DNA of 64,000 bases from Squalus acanthias. Lineage: Eukaryota. The translations under genes were made by a program, and so were the position numbers. The notes beneath the pieces were generated by a model. It saw only the letters and a program-made list of their open reading frames with translations, was not told the origin of the DNA and ran no database searches. The stretch is from contig CM059431.1 in assembly GCA_030390025.1 (NCBI GenBank), positions 140,370,001 through 140,434,000 of the forward strand, given 5' to 3'. Each line of letters opens with the position of its first letter. The stretch's first letter is position 1. Positions 1 through 11,510 of the stretch are shown piece by piece.

Positions 1-49
1 TAGAAATTCGCAAGAGCTCACCCAAGAACTGATCAAATATTTGGGGAAC

Positions 50-992
50 ATCAGTACATTGTCAGCCTGTCCCTCTCTCAGTGCTGCCCAATCAGTACAT
101 TGTGAGCCTGTCCCTCTCTCAGTGCTGCCCAATCAGTACATTGTGAGCGTGTCCCTCTCTCAGTGCAGCCCAATCAGTACAATGTGAGCCTGTCCCCCTC
201 TCAGTTATGCCCAATCAGTACATTGTGAGCCTGTCCCTCTCTCAGTGCTGCTCAATCAGTACATTGTGAGCCTGTCCCTCTCTCAGTGCTGTCCAAACAG
301 TACATTGTGAGCCTGTCCCCCTCTCAGTGCTGCCCAGTCAGTACATTGTGAGTCTGTCTCTCTCTCAGTGCTGCCCAATCAGTACATTGTGAGCCTGCGC
401 CTCCCTCAGTGCTGCCCAATCAGTACATTGTGAGCCGAACCCTCTCTCAGTGCTGCCCAATCAGTACATTGTGAGCCTGTTCCTCTCTCAGTGCTGCCCA
501 ATCAGTACATTTTGAGCCTGTCCCTCGCTCAGTGCTGCCCAATCAGTACATTGTGAGCCCGTCCCTCTCTCAGTGCTGCCCAATCAGTACATTGTGAGCC
601 TGTCACTGTCTCATTGCTGCCCAATCAGTACATTTTGAGCCTGTCCCTCGCTCAGTGCTGCCCAATCAGTACATTGTGAACCTGTCCCTCGCTCAGTGCT
701 GCCCAATCAGTACATTGTGAGCCTGTCCCTCTCTCAGTGCTGCCCAATCAATACATTGTGAGCCTGTCCCTCTCTCAGTGCTGCCCAATCAGTACATTGT
801 GAGCCTGTCCCTCTCTCAGTGCTGCCCAATCAGTACATTGTGAGCTGTCCCTCTCTCAGTGCTGCCCAATCAGTACATTGTGAGCCTGTCCCTCTCTCAG
901 TGCTGCCCAATCAGTACATTGTGAGCCTGTCCCTCTCTCAGTGCTGCCCAATCAGTACATTGTGAGCCTTGTCCCTCTCTCAGTGCTGCCCA
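50..992. repeat. 41-bp minisatellite, about 23 copies
   Basis: Unit aatcagtacattgtgagcctgtccctctctcagtgctgccc recurs head-to-tail every 41 bp with few substitutions; probably intronic to the NLR gene. Confidence 0.95.
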
Positions 993-1400
993 ATTCCCGA
1001 TTTGCTATTTTTACAAAAGCTCAGCTCTGCTGGGTGGGAGGTTCAATCATTCATCCATTATAACCACTACAGCCATATAACCAGAATCACCTGTGGATTT
1101 GTAATGAGATGTCTGCAGTACATTGTGCGGCAGGTAGTATTCACCATCAGAGGGAACATTTCACCTTCACCCAGCTCGCCATGTTAAGTAAATATTAGTG
1201 TCCCATGTAGATTTGAAACTTCTCTCAGCAATTTCCTGTCAACCAAGATTCACATGAACTGTTTTGGTTTTCTTACTGTATACGATTAAAATTTAAAAAT
1301 AGTTCGTGTTACATTTTACTGAAAAGCAGAGCAGTACATCGGAGATTTCTTTGACAATATAACTAAAATTGAAACCACTTTCTGTCTGTTCTAACTGAAG

Positions 1401-3135
1401 ATGTTCAACAGAAACACAAGGAAATACTCCGGGAACAAACTGAAACATTGAGAGTGAACACCATCCTAATACAGGATAAGGTTAAGATTTTCCAGCTGGT
1501 TGATCGATACGCTGAGCTAACGGTCATTTCTACTGTTCGAGATTGGACACTTGTAGAACATGAACTGCTGGCAAGAGGCCGAGACCATGAAGAGTGGAGA
1601 GAGAAACATCTCCGGAGAGAGCTGGAAAAAATCCGAACTGACCAATTCTTCCAGAGCAGTTTTTCCCGGAGAAAATCCAAATCTGGGAGATCAGCAGCAG
1701 TGAGCGGAGTTGCGGGGATTGGAAAAACAACAATGGTACAAAAGATTATTCATGACTGGGCCACTGGGAAAATATACCCACACTTTCAATTTGTTTTCAG
1801 CTTTAAATTCCGCGATTTGAACGCTATTAACTGTAGAATAAACCTGAGGAATCTGATACTGGATCAGTATCCTTACTTTGGGAAAATTCTGGGAGAGCTC
1901 TGGAAGAACCCGAAGCGATTGTTGTTTATATTCGATGGATTGGATGAATTCAAGGACAGCATCGATTTTGCTGACAATCGGAGAAATACAGAACCTCAGT
2001 CCATGTGCACAGATCCCGAATGCTGGTGTGAAGTGTCTGACATTATGTACAGTTTAATACAGCACAAGCTGCTCCCAGGATGTTCAGTGCTCGTGACCAG
2101 CCGCCCCACTGCATTACATTTATTGGAAAAGGCTGAGATCAGTGTCTGGGCTGAAATCCTGGGATTTGTTGGTGAAGAACGGAAGGAATATTTCAACAAG
2201 TTTTTTGAAGATCAGACGGTGGCAGCAGCTGTTTTCAAACACGTGGAGGAGAACGAGATGCTGTACACCATGTGCTACAACCCTTCCTACTGCTGGATCC
2301 TCGGGCTCTCACTGGGTCCCTTCTTTACAGAAAGAGACAGGAATCAGCAGCGAGTTCCCAAGACCATCACCCAACTATATTCCTACTATATTTACAACAT
2401 TCTGAAAAACCATGGCCGAGCGATTGAAAGCCCCCATGTGTTACTGAAACTTGGTGAGATGGCCTTCACAGGAGTCTCCGAGAAGAAGATTGTATTTAGG
2501 AATGGAGATTTGAACAAATACAATCTGCAACCTTCCCAGTTCCTGTCTGGGTTCATGAAGGAACTTTTGGAGAGAGATGATTCTGTCCAGAGTGTGGTGT
2601 ACACATTCCCGCACCTCACCATCCAAGAGTTTGTAGCCGCACTCGCACAATTCCTGACTCCAGATCCCGGGGACATCCAGAAACTCCTCACAGAATCCCA
2701 CAGCAAGGAAGATGGGCGATTTGAGATATTTCTCCGTTTTGTTGCTGGTCTCTCCTCCCCACAGGCAGCTCGGCCCCTGGAGGAGTTTCTGGGTCCATTT
2801 CTTTATAAAACCATTTGCCGAGTGATTGATTGGTTGAAGGAGAAGGTTGAAGGACAGATTGAAAACACAGAGAGTGAAACTGGTAAAAGGAACCTCCTGA
2901 ACACATTCCACTACCTGTTTGAGTCTCAGAATAAAGCACTGGCTCGGAAAACAGTGGGATCTGTGAAATCTCTTACATTTCGTGGATTGAGATTGACCCC
3001 GATTGACTGTGCGGTCCTGTCTCATGTCATTGCACTCTGTGATACAGTAAAATACCTCGATCTGGAGAACTGCTACATTCAGTGTGAAGGATTCTTGCGG
3101 CTGGGATCCGTACTGCACAAATGCCGGGTGTTGAG
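1401..3135 (+). CDS. NLR (NLRC3/NLRP-like) gene, large NACHT exon; upstream N-terminal exon(s) not identified
   Basis: Acceptor ctgaag|AT at 1400/1401 and donor TTGAG|gtaac at 3135/3136; frame open throughout. Walker A GVAGIGKT, Walker B LLFIFDGLDE, sensor-1 VLVTSRP, winged-helix YTFPHLTIQEFVAA, first LRR (LDLENCYI). Confidence 0.95.
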
Positions 3136-3989
3136 GTAACTCTTTATTTGTCTCTAACTGTTGGGTGAATTGTAGAACAGTCACGGATTGTGTTGTTGAT
3201 CCGTAATGAAGGTAAACAAACAGTTCAGTTAAACCAGAGAGAAGCAGATTCAACACAACTATGACCAATAATAAGAGGGTCGGTTAGTAATTCCCTAAGG
3301 ACTGGAGAATCTAAAAGGAATCCAATTGAACAAGTCAGGATTTTACAGTCTTTATCAGATCAGCAAATACAGGTCACTGAGAGTCTGATAATTTAATTAC
3401 AATAAATCATATTTAATAAGCTGGACAGCGGAAGATAAACATAAAATATAATCCGGCAGTAAAGATAAAATTAATTTAAAATATTTTCCACATCCACCAT
3501 TTCAACTGTAAACAGGAGAGAAACCCGAGTTTAAATCACTAACAGTTCGATATTTACTCCAATACCGTACAGGGTTTGTCCTGTCGAGGGGTTAGTTTCC
3601 TGGATTGGGAATATTGGGGAACCTGGAATTCTTTCAGCTGTAAATGTTTACAACTATACAAAGTCGTGAACATGAAGTAAACATTGATATTCAGGATCTT
3701 AAATCTGCCGGAGGGGTATTAGCCCTGGAGTACAGACACACACCGGCTAGCGGTGGGGCCTCGCACACAGCGGGCGGCTCCTGGTTAAACCGGGGGCAGT
3801 GACCCGGTAATTCCCCATAATCCGCCCCCTGTGTGTGAGGCCCCACTCGGGGAGGGAACTTCCGAAAAGTCCCCCAAAACTGTCGGGCCAGTTCCACCTG
3901 AAATAAATGAAGTGCCAGTGTAATGGGGAATAAAGTGTGAGACTCCCCTCCCCTATAAACTAGGAGTACAGGGACTTTTAAAACTTGCA

Positions 3990-5330
3990 ACGGGACAGAA
4001 TAAACTCTATTGCTGCTATTGACAAACATTTACTATAAGCCCTCTGACTCCTACAGCTACCTGGAATACACTTCCTCCCACCCTGATTCCTGTAAGGATG
4101 CTGGTCCATTCTCCCATTTTTTTCCGTCTCTGCCGCATCTGCTCTGACGATGCCACGTTCCATACTAGTGCTTCCGACATGTCTTCCTTTTCCCTCAAAC
4201 GAGGATTCCCCTCTACCGTAGTTGACATGGCTCTTGACCGTGTCCATTCTATTTCCCGCACTTCTGCTCTCACCCCTTCCCCATCCTCCCGGAACCACGA
4301 TAGGGTTCCCCTTGTCCACACCTTTCACCCCACCAGCCACCGCATTCAACGGATCATCCTCCGCCATTTCCGCCACGTTCAGCGTGATCCCACTACCAAA
4401 CACATCTTCCCCTCACCTCCCCTTTCAGCATTCCGAAGGGACCACTCCCTGCACGACAGCCTGGTCCACTCCTCAATCACCCCCTACACCCCTTCCCCTT
4501 CCCATGGCACCTTCCCATGCAAGCGCATGAGATGCAACACCTGCCCTTTTACCTCTTCCCTTCCCATTGGCCAGGATTCCAAACATTCCTTCCAGGTAAA
4601 ACAGCGCTTTACTTGTACTTCTTGCAATTTAGTATACTGTATTCGCTGCTCACGATGCGGTCTCCTCTACATTGCGGAGACCACATGCAGATTGGGTGAT
4701 CGCTTTGCGGAACACCTCCACTCAGTCCGGAATTGTGACCTCGTGCTTCTGGTCGCCTATCACTTTAATACTCTGCTCCACTCCCACTCTGATCTCTCCG
4801 TTCTCGGACTCTTACACTCTTCTAACGAAGTACAACATAAGATCGAGGAACAGTACCTCGTCTTTCAATTAGGCACTTTACAGCCTTCTGGACTCAGCAT
4901 CGAGTTCAACAATTTCACACGATAAACTCGGCCCCTATATTATTTTTCTCATAACTGTTTTTCCTTTTCCCTTTTTTGCTCTCGCATGATGGCTGTTGAT
5001 GATTCTGCCATTGACATTCACACATCATCTAGATTCATCTTTTGCTGCATAACTTGTCCCATTACCATCTCCTTTTGATTGCACCATCATCCCTTTTGTC
5101 TTTTAAACTCTCCTGTCTTCCACCCTATCACAGACCTTCCCTTTTGTTCTTTCCTCCGCTCCCCAACCCCACCTTTCCCTGCCCCGACACTTGCTTAAAA
5201 ATCTGTTACATCTGTAACTTTTTCCAGTTCTGACGAAGGGTCCTCGACCTGAAACATTAGCACTGTTTCTCTCTCTATAGATGCTGCCTGACCTGCTGGG
5301 TATTTCCAGCATTTTCTTTTTTTATTTCAG
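3990..5330 (+). mobile_element. Penelope-like retroelement (family A), 5'-truncated, inside an NLR intron
   Basis: RT C-terminal remnant (IYYKPSDSYSYLEYTSSHP), Cys-rich linker (PCKRMRCNTC), GIY-YIG endonuclease (NLVYCIRCSRCGLLYIAET...RFAEH...GLSIEF) in ORF 4098-4925; 3' end carries a hammerhead-like motif at 5226-5262. Confidence 0.9.
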
Positions 5331-5649
5331 AATAGGTTCTCCTTGTTATATAAAATCCTGGGGGACGGATTTTACAGCAGCAGTTTGCTTTCCACATTAT
5401 AACTCACACAGAGATATTATACAGATTATTATAATGCACAGAGTATAACGTACAGAGAATAACCGCTTTAGCATTAATTGTGGGAAAATCGCCCCATTCC
5501 CATAAAATCCGGGATTTAAGGAGCAGCAGAATTGAGACAAATTTCTCCAAACATGACGGAGCAGGTCACTGAATTCCAGGAGGGTAATTCTGATCATCAG
5601 GGAATGAGACCGGACTGAGGGACATTTAAAGGCGTCACACAGACGGGTG

Positions 5650-7140
5650 GAAACTGGAATTTTTCCCAGCGGATCAGGACCCCGCTGTCAAACCCCCGCA
5701 ACCCGCCTTTCCCAAATGTCGGGTCTGTCAGCGCTGAGCAGATCCGACATGCAGCGGCGCGGGAGGCAATTCAGTTCATTATGACCTTTGTTAACAGAAT
5801 ATTGACAACTATTTTATCTCAACTTCAGAGTTTATCAGGTCGCCCACGTGGTCCACGCTGCTCGGGGCTCACGTCAGATAAGCCGGGCGGGAGTTGAATG
5901 GCCATGGAATCATCTCATTACTTGACAGCTGGAAATGTGCTATAAAAGATCCCATCTCACAGCTGTTCACTTTCCAAGCACAGAAGCACTTGCTTACTGC
6001 ATTTGGAAGACAGATTGAGCTTTATGCAGGTTGCAAGTGTTTGGAGCAAACTCTCTATCCAGTGACCCCTCATTGGAGCAAACACTCTCACCATTGACAG
6101 ATGGCTTCTGTCATCTCAAGTTCAACTGCCATCTATTACATCAGCATGGGTATGGTTTATAATGCCTCACTTAGGCCTCAGAGTCCCACCACCATCAGCC
6201 CTAACACCAGCAGTACCAGGCACACCAGCAGCACCAACAACACCACCAACCTGTTCCGCAACTCCTGATGCTGCACAGCACAGAGGGCATCAACACCCCT
6301 TGACATTGCTGACCGGGACGCCAGAGATGGCCTCACCATGGCCAGATTTTATACACTTGACGCTGCACGCCCTGGATGCCACATCATGCGCCAGGTTGCC
6401 ACCAGCCCACAGCAACAAGATAAAGCATCCCTACAATGCCCAAACCATTCCTGTCGCACTCATCAGCATTGCGGGGGGTACCGTTATGTCTCACCATTCA
6501 CTGCAACTCACTAAGCCACATCCAAAGGTGAACACAACTCTGTAGAAGAACGGAAAGTGTTTAAAATAAAGATTTCAATGTTTGACAGCACATTAACAGA
6601 AACTTCACATGAACATTGGCTAAAACACACAATTTCCTACAATTGTGTGTTGGTAGTTGGTATGATTGAACTAGGATGCGGGTGAGTGTGAGGGATGGTT
6701 AGTGTGATGGGGATGTGATTATATAGATAGAGAGGGATTGGTGGAGGTGCCAGTTAATTTGGTGTGAGTAAAAATCTGCAGGTGTAGGGTAGGGAAGGCA
6801 GTGTGAAGGGGATGTGATGAGTGGCACAGCAGGATGAGGTTGAGTGTGGCTTTGCAGTAACGTTTCGTGATCTACTGAGATCATTGAAAGGTTTGCACCA
6901 CTGCAGCCTGGTCCTCCTGACGACATTCCTGCTTGAGCCCAACTCTGGAATGTGCAACGAGGCTGCGTTTGTCTCTACCAACAATTGGAAGTGAAGAGAA
7001 CCTCCCTGCGTGCAGTGGCTCCCTCCATAAGCATATGGTGGGAGTTATGGGAGAGCCTGGGTGCAGGCGCACTCCTCTGTGCAGAGGTTGTCAGTGTTTG
7101 CAGCACCTCAATATTTTATATCACTGACAGCACAAATGTC
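5650..7140. mobile_element. Probable decayed PIF/Harbinger-type DNA transposon remnant
   Basis: Minus-strand fragments AGRFS and VVRRTRLQWCKPFNDL (about 6870-7010) resemble the Myb/SANT-like second ORF of Harbingers; boundaries uncertain. Confidence 0.4.
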
Positions 7141-7210
7141 AAACTAAATGTGTGCGTCATCAAATGGCTTCATCAAACCCGCTTCCTCCAATTCTCCAGA
7201 GCGAGGCCGC

Positions 7211-7378
7211 GACCCGCCAGCGACGCCGGCCGCACCCGACCCGCCATCGACACCGGCCGCACCCGACACGCCACCGACCTCGGCCGCACCCGACCCGGCA
7301 CAGACCCGGCCCACCCAACACGCCATCGACCCCGGCCGCACCCGACCCGCCACCGACCCCGGCCGCACCCGACCCGCA
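7211..7378. repeat. GC-rich 27-bp tandem repeat, about 6 copies
   Basis: Unit approximately cccgccaccgaccccggccgcacccga; explains the overlapping PATDPGRTR-type ORFs. Confidence 0.9.
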
Positions 7379-7514
7379 CAGGGAGGGAAATCGCGGGGGG
7401 AAACCGGTTTACATATTTCCTGAACTACTTTCAGTGATTGCTGTAATATCCGAGAGAGAAAAATATATCAGATCCGTGCTTTGACTCAGTTTGTTTCTCA
7501 CTCTCTGTGTTTAG

Positions 7515-7601
7515 ACTGAGTTACAATAAACTGGGAGATTCTGGAGTGAAACTCTTGTCTGCGGCTCTGAGGAACCCGGACTGTAAAATACAGAAACTGG
7601 A
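7515..7601 (+). CDS. NLR LRR exon (87 bp)
   Basis: tttag|A ... GA|gtaagt; phase-2 junction matches the NACHT exon; encodes [28 protein letters not shown]. Confidence 0.93.
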
Positions 7602-7741
7602 GTAAGTACCAGACTGTGTGAAATTGTGTTTATGATAACTGGATTTCTGACACTGCACATTATTATTAGGATCAGTAGTTGTGTTATTAATTAACACTGG
7701 GATTTACTCTGATTCCTGTTATTTCTCTCTCTGATCCTCAG

Positions 7742-7912
7742 TGCATGGTCTGTCGGTCTCACAGATTCTTGTGCCGGGAATCTCGCCTCCGCTCTCAGTA
7801 CAAACCGGTCTCTGACGGATCTGAACCTGAATAATAATAAACAGGGAGATTCACGAGTGAAACTACTGTCTGCGGCTCTGAGAAACCCGGACTGTAAAAT
7901 ACAGAAGCTGCA
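7742..7912 (+). CDS. NLR LRR exon (171 bp)
   Basis: cctcag|T ... CA|gtaagt; [56 protein letters not shown]; 171 bp is the typical RI-type LRR exon size. Confidence 0.92.
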
Positions 7913-8052
7913 GTAAGTAACAGACTGTGTGAGATTGTGTTTATAATAACTGGGTGTCTAACAATGTACATTATTATTAGTATCAGTAATAGTGTTATTA
8001 ATAAACCTTGGGGAATTTACTCTGATTCCTGTATTTCTCTCTCTGATCCCAG

Positions 8053-8223
8053 GCTGTGGGGTAACGGTCTTTCAGATTCTTGTGCCGGGGATCTCGCCTC
8101 CGCTCTCACTACAAACCGGTCGCTGACGGTTCTGAACCTGGGTAAAAATAAACTGGAAGATTCAGGAGTGAAACTGCTGTCTGCGGCTCTGAGGAACCCG
8201 GACTGTAAAATACAGGAACTGGT
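8053..8223 (+). CDS. NLR LRR exon (171 bp)
   Basis: cccag|G ... GT|gtaagt; [56 protein letters not shown]. Confidence 0.93.
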
Positions 8224-8364
8224 GTAAGTACCAGACTGTGTGAGATTGTGTTTATAATAACTGTGTGTCTGACACTGCACATGATTATTAGTATGAGTAA
8301 TAGTGTTATTAATAAACTCTGGACATTTACTCTGATTCCTGTGATTTCTCACTCTGATCCGCAG

Positions 8365-8535
8365 GTTGCCTGATGTCGGGCTCACAGATTCTTGTACCGA
8401 GGATCTCGCCTCCGCTCTCAGCACAAACCGCTCACTGACGGATTTGAACCTGGGTTATAATAAACTGGGAGATTCAGGAGTGAAACTATTGTCTGCGGCT
8501 CTGAGGAACCCGGAGTGTAAAATACAGAAACTGGT
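8365..8535 (+). CDS. NLR LRR exon (171 bp)
   Basis: cgcag|G ... GT|gtaagt; [56 protein letters not shown]. Confidence 0.93.
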
Positions 8536-8673
8536 GTAAGTACCAGACTGTGTGAGATTGTGCTTATAATAGCTGGATGTCTGACACTGAACATTATTAT
8601 TATCAGTAATAGTGTTATTGATAAACTCTGGGGATTTACCCTGTTTCCTGTTATTTCGCTAAATGATCCCCAG

Positions 8674-8841
8674 GCTGAATGCTGTCGGTCTCACAGATTC
8701 TTGTGGCGAGGATCTCGCCTCCGCTCTTAGTACAATCCGGTCACTGACGGATGTGAACCTGGAATCAAACTCCTTCACAGACCGATCTGTCCCCGCTTTC
8801 CGTCTCCTCGTACTGACCTGCAGAAGTCTGGAGCGGATCTG
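8674..8841 (+). CDS. NLR LRR exon (168 bp)
   Basis: cccag|G ... TG|gtgagt; LNAVGLTDSCGEDLASALSTIRSLTDVNLESNSFTDRSVPAFRLLVLTCRSLERI. Confidence 0.92.
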
Positions 8842-9013
8842 GTGAGTGTTTGTGTTAATGTTTAATGTAATAATTAAAATATAAATGGGACTCAGTCAAT
8901 TTTATGGGTAATATTTGTCTGTAATTATTATTGAAATATTAACCACAGTCTCCCTGTTATTTATACTGTTGTTCAATCTGTTTATTTCCTGTTTAATCTT
9001 TAATCTGTTTCAG

Positions 9014-9101
9014 GCTGGGCTGGAATCAGTTCAGTTCAACCGGAAAGAATCAGCTGATGTCACTTCAGGGAACAAGACGCGGACTGAGTGTGAATGTGTG
9101 A
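9014..9101 (+). CDS. NLR terminal coding exon
   Basis: tttcag|G then LGWNQFSSTGKNQLMSLQGTRRGLSVNV and TGA at 9099-9101, in phase with the previous exons. The joined exons give about 862 aa with no B30.2 domain. Confidence 0.88.
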
Positions 9102-9450
9102 AGATTTCAATTGATGACGTCACTGGTCTCATTATATGACCATTTTTAGCCGATTTTCTGTTCCTCCCCTTTAAGCGGACGCGCTCCGGGTTTAAATACT
9201 GACGGCCCCTTTAACGGTTTCCAGCTCGAGCTGAGCGCGCGTCATCTACCATTGTGAGGTCAGAGGCCCAGCCACAGGGTCACGAGACTCAGGCGCCCGG
9301 CCCCAGAGCGCTGATTCTGCAGGATATCCGTTGCTGAATGTTTCCCAATGGGGTCACTGGGGAAATGAACACACAGGAAGAGCCCAGGGTGGGTCTCAGT
9401 CTGTGCTGCAGTGGGACACTGACAATGGCACTCAGTGTTCCTGGGAGTCA

Positions 9451-9593
9451 CCCAGTGAGGAGTCAGACTCTGTAACAAGTGTCCCTGTGTACAGTATGTG
9501 TCTCTCCCAGTGAGGAGTCAGACTCTGTAACAAGTTTCACCGTGTACAGTGTGTGTCTCTCCCAGTGAGGAGTCAGACTCTGTAACAAGTGTC
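9451..9593. repeat. 55-bp tandem repeat, about 2.6 copies, third copy interrupted
   Basis: cccagtgaggagtcagactctgtaacaagt at 9451, 9506 and 9561; the expected continuation gtccctgtgt reappears at 10882. Confidence 0.85.
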
Positions 9594-9921
9594 ACAACGA
9601 CCCTCCGAGATCTCTCAAACTCCTCTGACCTGTTGCACATCCTCGATTTACTTTGCTCCACATTGGCGCCATGACTTCAGCTGCCAAGGCCCTAAACTCT
9701 GGTATTCTTTCCCTAAACCTCTTCGCAGCTCTACCTCTCTCTCTGCCTCCTTTAAGCGCTTTTAAAAACCTACCATTTTCACCGAGTTTTGGGCCATCTC
9801 TCCTCAAATCTCTTTAAGTGGCTCAGTGTCGAATATTGTCTGCTAATTGCCTTGTGTCGTTTCATTACATTAATGAGAAGTCGCACAACACCAGGTTATA
9901 GTCCAACAGATTTATTTAATT

Positions 9922-9959
9922 TTACAAGCTTTCGGAGCTGTCGCTCCTTCGTCAGGTAA
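9922..9959 (-). ncRNA. Minimal type I hammerhead ribozyme motif (mirror copy)
   Basis: Exact reverse complement of 10708-10745. Confidence 0.75.
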
Positions 9960-10707
9960 GTTAGCAATGAGAGAATCTCCCAGAATTCACAATTTAAACC
10001 CAGACAAAATCTATTCACATTATTCGCTACAACAAAGAGCACAGCCAAGACAATGAGATGTGTCCCAGGGGGTCCAACGTGTCAAACCACCTGCTGGCTG
10101 CATATCCTGTCAATTTGTGTTCTTGTGTTAGCCTTTTTAAAAAAAAACACCTGGGAAGACCGGCCATGATGTCAAGTCACGTTCTGTATCGTGACATGAA
10201 CCCGATATCGCGATTGAGGCCATCCTCATGAGTGCGGAACTTGGCTATCAGTTTCTGCTCTATGATTTTGCGCTGTCGTGTATCTCGAAGGCCGCCTTGG
10301 AGAACGCTTACCCGCAGATCCGAGCAGCCAGGGGCATTCAGCCTCGGATCTGTGGGTAAGCGTTCTCCAAGGCGGCCTTCGAGATACACGACAGCGCAAA
10401 ATCATAGAGCAGAAACTGATAGCCAAGTTCCGCACTCATGAGGATGGCCTCAATCGCGATATCGGGTTCATGTCACGATACAGAACGTGACTTGACATCA
10501 TGGCCGGTCTTCCCAGGTGTTTTTTTTTAAAAAGGCTAACACAAGAACACAAATTGACAGGATATGCAGCCAGCAGGTGGTTTGACACGTTGGACCCCCT
10601 GGGACACATCTCATTGTCTTGGCTGTGCTCTTTGTTGTAGCGAATAATGTGAATAGATTTTGTCTGGGTTTAAATTGTGAATTCTGGGAGATTCTCTCAT
10701 TGCTAAC

Positions 10708-10745
10708 TTACCTGACGAAGGAGCGACAGCTCCGAAAGCTTGTAA
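10708..10745 (+). ncRNA. Minimal type I hammerhead ribozyme motif
   Basis: TTAC-CTGACGA-A-GGAGC-gaca-GCTCC-GAAA-GC-T-T-GTAA: stem I TTAC/GTAA, conserved CUGANGA and GAAA cores, 5-bp stem II, palindromic AAGCTT in place of stem III. Confidence 0.75.
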
Positions 10746-10979
10746 AATTAAATAAATCTGTTGGACTATAACCTGGTGTTGTGCGACTTCTCATTTTTGT
10801 ACACCCCAGTCCAACGCCGGCATCTCCACATCATGACCTCATTACATTAAAGCCGCTATATAAATGCAAGTTGTTGTTGTTGTCCCTGTGTTGTGTTAGT
10901 AAAACTCGACCGCTTACTTCAGCTCACGCCTGGTATCTTCGACTTTTTCAATAACTGGATTCATTGTTTTAATATATTA

Positions 10980-10985
10980 AATAAA
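10980..10985 (+). terminator. Candidate native poly(A) signal of the NLR gene
   Basis: First AATAAA downstream of the stop codon that lies outside the inserted elements; in an AT-rich context. Confidence 0.45.
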
Positions 10986-11029
10986 CGTTTCTCTAAAGTA
11001 CATCTCACCTTCTCCCCCTCTGAGGGAGA

Positions 11030-11130
11030 TCTCGGTCAGTCCCCTCTGGATGAGGTTTCGGTCGGTCCCCTCTGGAGGAGGCCTCGGTCGGGCTCCTCTG
11101 GACGAGGCCTCGTTCGGTCCCCTATGAAGT
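11030..11130. repeat. Short degenerate tandem repeat of about 26-28 bp, about 4 copies
   Basis: Variants of tcggtcggtcccctctggaNgagg. Confidence 0.7.
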
Positions 11131-11269
11131 AGGTCTGGCAGTAAAAAGCTGATGTGGGATCATTGCATTCTTCTAATTTCCCTCCTCACAAATCAAGACA
11201 AGACAGGCAGACAGACAGGCAGGCAGCGAGAGAGACACATGAAATCAAGACAACATGCAGAATAGAAAT

Positions 11270-11510
11270 CAAAACAGAAAATGCTGGAAATACTCAGCAG
11301 GTCAGGCAGCATCTGCGGAGAGAGAAACAGAGTTAATGTTTCAGGTCGATGACCTTTCCTCAGAACCTTGACAGAATCTGACGAAAGGTAATCGAGCTGA
11401 AACGTTAACTCTGTTTCTCTCTCTCTCCACAGATGCTGCCTCACCTGCTGAGTATTTCCAGCATTTTCAGTATTTATTTCCATTTCCAGCATCAGCAGTA
11501 TTTTGCTGTT
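11270..11510. mobile_element. Non-coding inverted pair of Penelope family A 3' ends
   Basis: The arm aaaatgctggaaatactcagcaggtcaggcagcatctg...tcaga is followed by its reverse complement; matches 5225-5330 and 32730-32830. Confidence 0.8.

Larger units (their letters stand above)
9872..10838. mobile_element. Penelope-like element (family B) as an inverted head-to-head pair
   Basis: 9872-10324 is the reverse complement of 10343-10795. Each arm encodes a GIY-YIG C-terminus (VSVLQGGLRDTRQRKIIEQKLIAKFRTHEDGLNRD). The right arm has a 43-nt extension; tcattacattaa is duplicated at 9862-9873 and 10839-10850. Confidence 0.9.
9594..10881 (+). mobile_element. L2-like LINE 3' end, split by a Penelope foldback (pieces 9594-9873 and 10851-10881)
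   Basis: Similar to the copies at 19070-19720, 55095-56070 and 60195-61720; ends in gctatataaatgcaag(ttg)n. Confidence 0.7.

Noticed and set aside
50..992. CRISPR-like appearance of this and other 33-67 bp arrays
   Set aside because: Units are contiguous with no unique spacers, there are no cas genes, and the context is eukaryotic; these are minisatellites.
1448..3139. 563-aa ORF as a complete single-exon gene
   Set aside because: The start is TTG, the frame extends to a splice acceptor at 1401, and the stop lies inside the donor site; it is an internal exon.
2441..3268. 275-aa minus-strand ORF
   Set aside because: Antisense shadow of the NACHT exon with no recognisable motifs.
9872..10795. 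Palindrome as an assembly or chimeric-read artefact
   Set aside because: It has a flanking 12-bp duplication, an asymmetric tail, a mismatch between arms, and the host L2 resumes correctly afterwards. An artefact is unlikely, though reads should confirm.
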